Notes under the pieces: model-generated
What the model saw: the letters and a program-made list of their open reading frames with translations, nothing else
What the model was told of the DNA's origin: nothing
Databases searched by the model: none
Program-made: the position numbers and the translations under genes
Shown: positions 11,653-22,632 of the stretch, piece by piece
How positions within the stretch are numbered: position 1 is the first letter of the stretch
How the letters are laid out: each line of letters begins with the position of its first letter
Source of the DNA: Eledone cirrhosa
Taxonomy: Eukaryota
Assembly (NCBI GenBank): GCA_964016885.1
Contig: OZ024740.1
Location: 43,462,001 to 43,526,000, forward strand
Direction: 5' to 3'
DNA: 64,000 nt

Positions 11653-13533
11653 ATACTTGGGGAGGGTCATATTTGTGTAACATTGCCAGAATTAATAACA
11701 GAACACACTCACTGTTTGGTTGGTTTTCGCTTTTCACTTCTGTGTCTTTTATATCGGTAATCTAATTTATTCGGTCCTCAATGTTGCCATTGACTGACCA
11801 ACGGTCAAAAATAATACAGATACAATATAGACACAAACACATATATATAGTTTTATCAAAGTTATTTTCGTTGCACATCTGCAACATCGTCAGTGGTGCT
11901 ATTGTTTCCTCCCGTTACATTGTATGTCTACGCCATCTTTATTTAGTCTGTTTATATATTTATTTATTTATTTGTTTGTTTGTTTATTTTATTTTGTCTT
12001 CTTTGCGCATGCGTTTGCGTGTGTGTATAGTGTTTTGTTTGATGTGTGTTCGTGATTGAGTGACTGTGTATTGGTTGATGTATTCTATCTTTACTAGTGT
12101 GTGTTTATATGTGTTTGGTGTTATTGTGCTTGTGTATGTATTTATTTATTTATTTATCTATTTATTTATTTATTTATACTTCTCTTAGGTCAGTGTTGTT
12201 TGTTTGGGTGTTGTTATTATTCCATTTATTCTTTCTGTTTAGTCTTGGCCTTCTAAGTTCTATTTCACTGGCCTCTCTGATTTGCCTATCTGCTGGGTCA
12301 TTTCTATGTTTAGATATTATTCTAATTTCTATGTTGTCTATGTTACCGTCGTGTTGTTGTCTGGCATGTTCGTATAGTACTGACCCATTTTTTCAGTGTT
12401 GGTCTATCCTTTCACCTATGCTACGAGCTGTCTCGCCTATATATGTTGTTGTCATGTTTCTGCAAGTACCCTCTGTACATCTTATGCTATAGACTACGTT
12501 TCTAGTTTTACAGTTTATCCGGGGGTTTACCTTACATATGATACATTTCCTATTAGTACAGTGGGTTTTCTTAAAAGGGTAGGTTTTGCTGATCAGTGAT
12601 TTTATGGTGGTTCCTGGCTTTTCTACCACCTTAATCTTTAAGTGGGTCTTTCTCAGGGCCTTTCTACACTGGTTAGCTAATTTCCCTCCAGGGGTAGCGT
12701 CCACAAACATGACACTCTGGTATCTCTGGTTTTCGTGCCATGAGGTGGCTTTCCCTATCTTATGTCTAGCCCTATCTAAGCTATTCCATGATTTGCTCTT
12801 GTATAATGGGCAAATTCCTTTCACATCCAGTTCTATGACGGTCTTATGGCTCCATGGCTCCTTCGTATACTCTGACTCTGTCTCCCAGAGAACTGCATGC
12901 GGTTGATGAAATGTTGGATGTGTCATTCCATTTCTGTTGTGTCGCACATGCGGTACACATTCTTCATCACTCGTACCAAATCTGCGATCAGAATATTAAA
13001 CTTAGCACTACTGGACATTGCTGAGTTTTTGAGTATCAGGTATTTGGAGGCCATGGGTTTAGCATAGTGTGAGTGGAGAATGTGGGCTCTCTCGTCTATA
13101 GTGTTAATCCAGAGTGCTGTGTCTAATACAGGTCGTCTATTGTTAGGGTGTTTGGAAGGGTAGTCGATAGTTACAGTTATACTCTGGTGTATGGAATTAG
13201 CTATCTGCTGGATGCTTTCCATTGTGCTACGTTCTAAATCAAACTTGCTAGTGCTCTCTAGTGGGGATGTTCTTATAACTATATTGATATCGCCTACGTA
13301 ACGAGAGTACATGATGAGGTCTATGGAGCTCTCATTAAGGAGATCTTTAAGTCTCCTTTCCCACCATACCATAAAAAGGTTGGCAACATCACCAGCTATG
13401 CTGACGCCAATGGCTGCTCCCTCATTTTGGGTGTAGATCTTCTCGTTGAACTTGAATATGTGGCCCTTTAGAGTAGTTTTGATACTAATTCTGGCAATAT
13501 TACACAAATATGACCCTTCCCTAGTATAACAAT
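11646..13533 (-). mobile_element. 5'-truncated PLE (Nematis-like) with ~48-bp inverted terminal repeats
   Basis: ORFs 12923..13573 and 12393..12947: GAAIGVSIAG, RYV(G)DI, LDTALW, KVVEKPG, CTNRKCIIC, VVYSIRC, YIGETARSIGERIDQH; 11646-11693 is the reverse complement of 13486-13533. Confidence 0.9.
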
Positions 13534-13599
13534 ATTTGTTTCGACACGCGATTTCATCTAAAACACCTCGCAAAACTAATTCATCGCCGTTATATATAT

Positions 13600-13915
13600 A
13601 TTAGATCCGTGTATATATTTCTACACATTGGTGCTGTCATGGTTGCACGCTATGTAATTGTACAGATATTACTTTATCATATATAGTTGACTGTATACGC
13701 TCGTGTGTTTTTTCTAATCTCATTTTCCCTTGTTCCTTCCTCTTCTCGCTCTTTATATTTCTATTTTATCTTTCACTTAAAATTTTATCTTTAGGTAAAG
13801 AACTAGTGTCCGAAAATTTAAGACTCTTTTCCTGCTCTTTCAAGCGTCAAACTAATATATTTCTTCAATGAACTGCGTTGTTTGTTTTTTATTTCTGTTT
13901 ACGTTTTACACAAAC
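13600..13915 (+). mobile_element. Solo PLE pLTR fragment with decayed HHR (13788-13823)
   Basis: Similar to 11400-11580 (..ACTAG.GTCCGAAA..TTAAGAC.CT.TTCCTGCT). Confidence 0.55.
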
Positions 13916-13945
13916 ACACACACACACACACATACACACACATAT

Positions 13946-13997
<52 letters not shown>

Positions 13998-14004
13998 ATG
14001 TGGT

Positions 14005-14125
14005 TCACAGCTGAGAAAAAGAGTATTCAATGCCAAGTACAGTTTTAATATTCATTTTAATAAGTCTAAATGGTGTGTCTTGTAAATTTAGAGTTTCGCC
14101 CCTTTATCACCAAGGATAATATCAA
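14005..14125 (-). mobile_element. Terminal fragment of the family seen as a fold-back at 35845-36035
   Basis: Shared GAAAA.GA.TA.TCAAT...TTTTAATATTCATTTTA...GAGTTTCG; abuts (TA)n. Confidence 0.5.
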
Positions 14126-16769
14126 ACTCCCTAACTTTTCTTCAATCCAACGTGTATTGATATTTTCTGCTGTGGTAGCATTTTTGGTAAAAGGTTTCAT
14201 CCATCCAACGTGCTTGACGCATTTTTACCATATAAAACTTAGAGCTTCTATCACAAAATAGTCAAGGGATATTCACACATTTGCTTTATCATAGCCAAGC
14301 ATGGTTAATCAGATTTTAACATCTCCGGAGTTTATTTTATAGCTTCAATTACCGGAAAAAGCTACACCATCAGAACTACTCAATTCTTATTATTAGGTAA
14401 GACATGAATATCATAAACAGTCCAGTTTCAAATTTCTCTCTCATGAATACATATTTTATTTTCATTAGATTGAAAGAAGTAAAATATATATTACATTGAT
14501 TATTTTTGGCTGTATATTCTAAGATAAAATCTCACCGGTACGAACCAAATTTGATTTCACATAACCCTCCAATACGTCTCTTCTCCGCAAAAACTCAAAT
14601 TTTCCCTACAGAAAATAAATCAATACTTATGCTTTATCGAAGTATGCGTTTATTTCACCTTAGTGGAAAATATGATTTTTATCGAATGAAAACAGTAATA
14701 AGATTTAATTTCAAATATATCCACACTGTTTGCATGATGTTTTCTTTGTATTGTATGTTTTGAAAATTTATTTATATTTCTTATCGTACATATTATAGAG
14801 ATTGCATTTTGGGTCGCATGGGATGTTACTGTTATTGCTTTGTGAATATATTCTCTTAAATCTCTGAAAGATTATATATGATTTTCTTTGTATATGTAAT
14901 TTTAGATTTATTTTGACTCATGAAAATCAGATGTGAATAATCATATTAAGATATAATCATAAACAGAGAAAAACTAACTCTCAGATCTTTACTGATTCAG
15001 TATATAATAAAAAATAACCCCTCGCAGCTATATTTGTTAATACTACTCATAATAGAAATTAAGTCTGTATACCTTTTAGTAGTTGCAGACATTTGGTAGC
15101 AACTCATTCGGCTGTATAATATACATTATTTAATTTTTATTACACCCTCATCTCATAAAGTATAATAGAAATGAAACAGTTATCATAGCGTGCAAATTCA
15201 CATGTTTGATATTATACTTTTTCTATTAGGTTTTAGAAAGCACTGCTTTTAGTAAGTTTAAATAAAATGGCAGAAACTTTGATGTATATTACAATAGCCC
15301 GGAGTCAGGTTTTATAATGAAAATGGACAGCTGTTTGTTTTTATTTGCAATATATATCTAATTCTTAATTTTATATGATGGAAGGACATTGGGCACCAGA
15401 AAAATCTAAAATCAGAAACTAGAGAGACGAAACTAGATGCCAACAGGTATTTCCACGGACAATTTACTGTTCCTGTCAAAATACAATGTATTCTAATTAA
15501 TAAGATTACGACAACAGAGGCGTATGCAGCATTAAAACTCTATTGTTCTTTCATCATGTTATATAAAATTAATGTGTAAATATTGAACTTTCATGGAGAT
15601 TCTAATATTTGTTTTTCTCATAAATGCACAATCTACTGCATATTGTAGAAGAATATATTCAATTGTGATATATCAAATCAAACTGAGAGTATTGTGTACC
15701 AAACAATAAATTAGGGAACGTTTATACTTACTTCAATAGGCCTAGCTTACATAGCCCATTGTAATCTGATTATATTCAAGTATCCCGTGTAAAAGTTTGA
15801 GCCATTACTGTTGATGAGAGCTTGGCTCATTGTCAGTAGCTTAGTTCATATCCTCTCCGAAGATGTCATAACGAATTAATTGTTTACAAGACAGCTTCAT
15901 GATAATTATAAGAGAAAATAAGTAAAATTATGTCCAGTAAAATTATGTATAGTAACCTTAAGCTATTGAATCACTTATGAAACAGACAATAGCATACAAA
16001 GTGTACCATGATACAACAGAAGAATCCTTCTTCAATGTAATCGCTCGAATTTAAGTACTGGTAACACAATATATAACAATAGTGACATTTGCAGTTTATG
16101 GAGACTTGCACGATACAATGAAATACCGATACTTACCTATCGATTATCATCCCAGCTAAATTAAAACAACAGTTAGAAGGAATTTGGGCCGGGGAAAAAC
16201 TTCATGGTAAGTTTCTACAAGCAGTTCGTTCAACGAGAGGATTAAGTTGTATTAATCGCCATATGTTATTTTGCAAGGAAACTGTTATAGTGAGTCTCAC
16301 TTATGTTATTTTCAAACAAAATCTGATATTTGTATAGTTAGTGACAGAGATTCAGCCGTTTACATCTAAATAAATCATGATGATGAATATAATCAATATA
16401 GGATTTCCAAAAGATATTTTATTACATCGAACTAATACAATTAGCTTCACGATAAAGACAAATAACATTGTAAGGATACCGATTTCCGATTACACATCTA
16501 AAGTAATTAATCTTACAATTAAGAAAAGTCTCTTGTAATTTATTCTGCTCTATATATTCCGTAAAAATGGGATATTTATAACAGCAAGTAAACCTTCAGA
16601 AGGTATAACTAACAGCTTTTATTGAGATATATTTATTTTCATTTTCATTTGATTAATCGTATATTTAGTATTAGTTAATTTAAAGTAAATGGAAATAGAA
16701 ACCCACCATCATGAAACTTCAAACTACAAGGATATATTTATGATATAATTAATATGTAATATAATATAA

Positions 16770-16945
16770 TTGTTTCTGCTTTGGGCACAAGGCCAGCAAT
16801 TTCCCAGAACATTACTGGTACTTTATTTTATCGATCCCGAAAGGATGAAAGGCAAAGTTAACATTGGCAGGATTTGAACTCAGAATGGAAAGGGCCGTAA
16901 ATCTATGCGTCAAAGTATGGCGTCCATCCCTCTAGCGATACCGGC
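16770..16945 (-). mobile_element. tRNA-derived SINE with GCCTTTCATCC..GTCGATAAAATAAAGTACCAG central domain (Meta/Nin-like)
   Basis: Reverse complement of copies at 45182 and 47623. Confidence 0.85.
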
Positions 16946-16953
16946 AAAATATA

Positions 16954-17021
<68 letters not shown>

Positions 17022-17049
17022 TACAAATATATATATACATATATACAAA

Positions 17050-17131
<82 letters not shown>

Positions 17132-17165
17132 TCACAGGAATCAAAGTTATCTTCAAACCATTTAT

Positions 17166-17214
17166 TAGCTTACAATTGTTTCATCCAAACCGAGGTTTGA
17201 GGTCTTCGGAGCAA
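17166..17214 (-). ncRNA. Type I hammerhead motif with CCGAAGA core variant
   Basis: Minus strand TTGCT-CCGAAGA-CCTCAAACC/tc/GGTTTGGAT-GAAA-CAATTG-TA-AGCTA. Confidence 0.65.
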
Positions 17215-18716
17215 TTTTTCAATGTTTGTATACATACGTGATCTCCTTTCCAACGCAAGAGACATACAGATACATATGTATATATTGATGCACACTGGGG
17301 TGACTTATATTATATTATTTCTGAATGGCAATTTAAATTCAAAAATTAAAATCATATTAAAACAGAATCAAAGCAAAATTAAAATTAAAATACAATATCG
17401 GTAGTTAACGTAGGTAATGCAAGAGGATAGTTTGTTAGTCAGTTGTAGTAGTTATAACTACTACAACTAATTTAGATTCTATAATAAATAGACGCACTGA
17501 ATTATTTTCTCTCTGCTTGCATAAATTCCACAGAACATTCCATAAAGTATACAGCTAATATATAATACTTTACCAGTTTAAAATCCTTTTTCTCAAAGGC
17601 TTATATATATATTTCTTTAAAAATATACCCATCTTTCTACCTTATTTCAATATTATTTATTATACATTATATAATACCAGTTACTCATTCTATATCATTC
17701 CTATTTATCACTTTCCTTTCTTCGTCTTTTCTTTTAATTTCTAACCACTAATCTGTACTTTTTCTTCCTAAATACTTCTCAATTCTTATTATTACTCACC
17801 ACAACATATCCACTCGTCCATCTTTCTTCATATCATTGGCCATAAAAATTATTATTACCTTTTAAATACTTTATAGCATTACCTTTAAAAATCCTTTGTA
17901 AACATAAACATTTTTTTGACGTTAGATCATTCCTCCTCAGTTCATTATATTTTTCTCCCTTTCATGCTCGTCTGACTTTTACATATTACATATCACAATA
18001 CATAAAAACAAACTTAAACCCTAACTAATCTCCTTTATTACATTATATTATTACCATTAGAAAATACTTCATAAACATATATATTTTGATGTTAGAGTCT
18101 TCTCTTCCTTAAACACTATTTTCTTCTTTGATTTCTGCGCTCATTTGTAAACAAACTATTTACATATATTACGCATACATATTACATTACATAAAAACAA
18201 ACTTAAACACTAACTAATTCCTCTAAATTCATAATTCATCCACTCTTCTACTTCTTTTCACCTGATATCCTTAATAACATTAATATTTATATTTTAATAA
18301 TACATATTAACAATTTCTTTTCATCGCACATATTATTAAACCCTTCAATATACAAACCTTAATTTAATATTATTCTTAATTTTTTTCTCTTCATGAACTT
18401 TTTATTTTCAAATTCTTTTAAATTATATATTATCTTCCAACGGCTTTTTAACTTCACTCTGTAAAACAATATATATTTTTTCTCAGTTATAAAGGCTATC
18501 TCTCTCTTTCTATCACCCATCTCTCCTCCTATCTCATCCTTCCTTATTATACTCCTCCCCCACCATTCTTTACTCTCATCTCCTCCTCTTTTTCAGCCTT
18601 TCCAACCCCCCTCACTTTTTCCCCAATATCACACATCAATCTTAAATTACTTTTCATATGTTGATTTAAAACTTCACTATTCACAAGTGTTTTTTAACCT
18701 TCATATCATGTATCCC

Positions 18717-18787
18717 TATTTTATCTGACGAAAACGCAAATGTCATCTGATGATGATATTTGTTTTTGAAATGCGCATAATAAAATA
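18717..18787 (+). ncRNA. Type I hammerhead motif with extended stem II
   Basis: TATTTTAT-CTGACGA-(AAAC.CAAATGTCATC..GATGATATTTGTTTT)-GAAA-TGCGCA-TA-ATAAAATA. Confidence 0.65.
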
Positions 18788-18822
18788 CATGGAACTCATT
18801 TAACCATCTTTTGATCTTATAT

Positions 18823-18893
<71 letters not shown>

Positions 18894-18979
18894 CGACCTC
18901 ACGTTTGAGTTATGTACAATAACAACTTTCACACCTCTTATATACATATATATATATAAATACATATATATATATATTC

Positions 18980-21960
18980 TCCGGCCCCCTTACCTGAACA
19001 TGGACCGGTCCCCTTTACCTGAACGTGGAACCTCATTCTTCCCCCAACTCTCACATTCACATACACACGCACACACACACACTCGTACACCTACACGCAT
19101 ACACAAACACCACCTTTAGCCCTCCAGGCTCGGACCCCGCCTGTCTCTCTCAATTCCACCCGCCACCACCCCTACACGCCTCACACCCTTCCACCTATAC
19201 TTATTTTTATGTGTATTTTTATTTTCATTTGTACTTCTAAAATCGTTTTTCCTCCCTTTTCTCTTCCCCCTTTTTTCTAAATGTCTTTCCACCACTCCCC
19301 CACACCCCCTCGGAACTCTCTTCCTACCCACTTTTCTCCTGATGAAGGGCTTATGCCCAAAACGCCCCTCCCCCACTTCTCAAAAGCGTGAACCTAATAA
19401 ACTCATCTTTGTACTGCCTCTCTGTTTTTGTTCCTGTCTAAGATTAACTATACGATACACGCTTACACAGCTTCCACACCACCTTGGAATACCACCTTGA
19501 CCACCGGCTCAACACCGATTTAATCCACCGTTACCAACCTCTGAACTTTCACCAAACTCTCCTACATACCTTTTCTTTACTTGTTTATTTTTTCCTATTC
19601 TATTGTATTATTTCTTGATTATTTTACTGTATTTGTTTATTTCTGCTTATGAATTTTTGTCTATGATTTCCTGTGTATACTTTCACCTTTTATGATAATT
19701 TTGTTTTGATTTTCCCTCCCCCGTCTCTATCTATCCTTTTTGCATTTACCCCTTCGCCTACCCCCCCCCCCCGCATCACACACTTCCCTTCTCTTCCACC
19801 ACCACCCCTGCTTTAACACCACACCTACCATGCCCAACCTGAAATCCTTTCTCCATCAACTCTAAAACCGGCTTATACATTTCCTCACGCCCTCCACCCA
19901 CCCCGCTATCTCCCTTCGGCTCTCCAACTCTCGTACATTTTCTTCGCCAAAACCCGGCATTCTAGCGACGACATCCATTTCCTCAGCCACTGACCCCACC
20001 TCCACCTCATCCCTCTTCGCTTCTGACTACACTTCCACACCTCCCCCTTCGCTTCCCCCTCCACCCAACGTATCCTCACCCGCTCCTCGCGCCTCCTAAT
20101 GCGCAATTCCCTCCGCTCCTCCCTCCCTACCTTCTTCAAACTTGACCACAGACAAGCCCCACTCTCCTCCGCCTCAACTCCGCATGCCGCACCCTCCTCG
20201 CCCACTCCATCTTCCTCTTCATCTAAAACCTCAACCACGTCTTCTTCTCCTTCCTCACCTCCACCAAAGACCTTAAGCTACACTCACTCCTCCCCACCAC
20301 CACCTTCCACTACCCCTCGCCCATCCCCGTGACCAAAACCACCCTCCACCACACCCCCGTCTCACCCCCATCTCCACTAACCCCTCGTCCCACCTCCACC
20401 CTTCTCATTCACAAACCGCACCCCACCTCCACTTGCTGTCACCATACACTCTGACCTCGCCCGCACCTGAGCACCCACTCCTCAGTAGAGGCCTTCGTTT
20501 CATACTCCACACCCGGCACAGCGACGAGTTCCGTACCCGAACGGAAGTCGAGCGTTTCGTGCGACGCACGAAGCTACAGGCATATTTTCATCGAACCCCA
20601 CCGGCTCCGAACGCCCCAGACCAGTTTCTCGCCCTGGGCCGACGACCATCGTCTTGGACGCAGGCACCGGGGCAATTTAGCACCCTTGACACGTCGTCGA
20701 CGCCTGCCGTAGCGCAGTAAATCGCTTAGACTTCCGCCACCGTTCCAAACAGCATAACATCTCACGGGGCGAACTCCTTCATCTCCGCTCCCTGCGTAGC
20801 CGAGATGACATCGTCATCAAACCGGCGGACAAGGGAGGCTCCGTAGTGGTGTGGCGCGCGACCTCTACACGGCAGAAGCCCTCATGCAGCTCCGTAACCC
20901 TCTCATCAACCGCCCTCTACCCTCCGACCCCTTACCCCCTACCAACAACAAGTTTCCTCCACCATCCAACACCTTCTCTCCTCCTCCCTCCTCCCTCCCA
21001 CAACTTCCCACCTCATCGTTCGTACCCCCCGCACCCCCACTATCTACTTCCTCCCCAAACACCACAAACCCGACAACCCCGGCCGGCCCATCGTCTCCGC
21101 TTGCAACTGCCCGACCGAACTCATTTCCGCCTTTTTTGACACCATCCTCGCCCTCCTCGTCACCACCCTCCCCTCTCACATCTCCGACACCAACCACGCC
21201 CTTCGCATGTTCGACTCCCTCACTTTCCCACCCGGCCCACACCACCTCCTCTTCACCCTAGATATCAAGCCCCTCTATACTGTCATCCCTCACGCCGATG
21301 GCCTACGTACCCTCCGGCACTACCTCGACCTTAGCCCTTCCCCCATCCCCTCCAGCCCCACCCTCCTTCGCCTCGCCGAGCTGGTCCTCACCCTCAACTG
21401 CTTCTGCTTCTCGAGTGAGTTTTACCAACAGGTCACTGGGGTAGCCATAAGCAGAATAATGGGCCCAAACTATGCCAAGCTTTTCGTTGGCCATGTTGAG
21501 GCCTAAATCTTTGCCCGGTAGACCGGCCCCACGCCCGAACTGTAAGGTCGTTACATCGACGACTGTATCGGAGCCACCACCCTCACCCGAGAACAGCTCG
21601 ACTCCTTTCTCTCCTTCTTCTGCTCCTTCCACCCGTCCCTCCACTTCTCTCATCATCATTCACCTCTATCATCACCACTCACGTCCACTTCTTGGACATC
21701 GACCACTCTATCATTCACCTCTATCATCACCACTCACGTCCACTTCTTCGCCATCGACCCCTTCCACCGCTCCCCCGTCACCTCCGCCTTCTTCAAACCC
21801 ACCGACTGCCACTCCTACCTCGACTTTACCTCCTACCGCCGTACACACACAAAACACTCTATTCCCAACTTTTCCCGATCCGCCGCCTCTGCAGCCGAGA
21901 TGCTGGCCTTTGAGTCCCAGGCCCTTTCCCTAGTCAGCCACCGTCCTCACTCGCACCCGC
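18980..21960 (+). mobile_element. Degenerate PLE (Neptune-like) with 5' pLTR, 3' truncated
   Basis: LLSRGLRF, IKPADKGGSV, PGRPIVSACNCPTELISAF, DIKPLYTVIPH, GPNYAKLFVG, RYIDDCIG; HHR remnant CTGATGAAGGGCTTATGCCC(A)AAAC at 19339; strongly C-rich; ~57-bp internal duplication at ~21645-21760. Confidence 0.88.
19336..19364 (+). ncRNA. Hammerhead remnant in the 5' pLTR
   Basis: CTGATGA-a-GGGC/TTAT/GCCC-AAAAC (GAAA mutated, stem I 3' strand lost). Confidence 0.5.
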
Positions 21961-22166
21961 AATCTTCAGGTTCATATTCAGTGGTGACAGTCAAATTTGC
22001 AATTTTCAACTGTGAATGACAGTTGAAAATTGCAAACTGCAAAAGGATTGTAAATAAAACGAGTAAATCAGACGAAGTTGGAATTCCTTTTATTAATATA
22101 TATATATATATACATAATACACACATATATATTAATAAATGGAAACTATATTTATAAAACCATATT

Positions 22167-22232
22167 TATTTTATTATATATATTTCAAGGGCAACCAAGG
22201 CAAATTATGGTGCGCTTTCATCAGATAAAATA
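22167..22232 (-). ncRNA. Type I hammerhead ribozyme motif (inverted arm)
   Basis: Reverse complement of 22370-22435 with a few substitutions in stem II. Confidence 0.7.
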
Positions 22233-22369
22233 CAGATTTGTTTTATAAATAAATATTGATATACCCGGAAAAAAAGACGACCTTAACTGTTGGAGCTATC
22301 CAGGAAGCTCCAACCGTTAAGGTTGTCTTTTTTCAGGGTATGTCAATATTTATTTATAAAACAAATCTA

Positions 22370-22435
22370 TATTTTATCTGATGAAAGCGCACCGCAATTT
22401 GCCTTGGTTCCCCTTGAAATATATATAATAAAATA
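22370..22435 (+). ncRNA. Type I hammerhead ribozyme motif
   Basis: TATTTTAT-CTGATGA-AAG...CTT-GAAA-TATATA-TA-ATAAAATA. Confidence 0.72.
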
Positions 22436-22562
22436 AATATGGTTTTATATAAATTCCGTTTATTAATATATTGTGTATTTACTCCACTAAACTGTTGAGT
22501 GCTTTATATCAGTTATAAAAATGTTTAAGCTTGTTGAATCCCAACAAATTAAATAAAACCTC

Positions 22563-22628
<66 letters not shown>

Positions 22629-22632
22629 CATA

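Larger units (their letters stand above)
17127..18830. mobile_element. Non-coding composite between (TA)n tracts with outward-facing HHR-bearing PLE 3' ends
   Basis: Minus-strand HHR 17166-17214 (homologous to 6780-6828) and plus-strand HHR 18717-18787; internal ~190-bp duplication (ACATAAAAACAAACTTAAAC at ~18000 and ~18190). Confidence 0.65.
22117..22565. mobile_element. Fold-back element (~360-bp palindrome + unique 3' tail) with an HHR in both arms
   Basis: Palindrome 22117-22478 centred at ~22302; HHR on + 22370-22435 and on - 22167-22232; flanked by (TA)n. Confidence 0.85.

Noticed and set aside
19991-19993. TGA at a probable Cys position in the Neptune-like PLE
   Set aside because: The element is riddled with stops and frameshifts, so this is most simply decay.
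21996-22037. 18-bp-arm hairpin as a terminator or regulatory site
   Set aside because: Eukaryotic repeat junction; most likely another small fold-back with no functional evidence.
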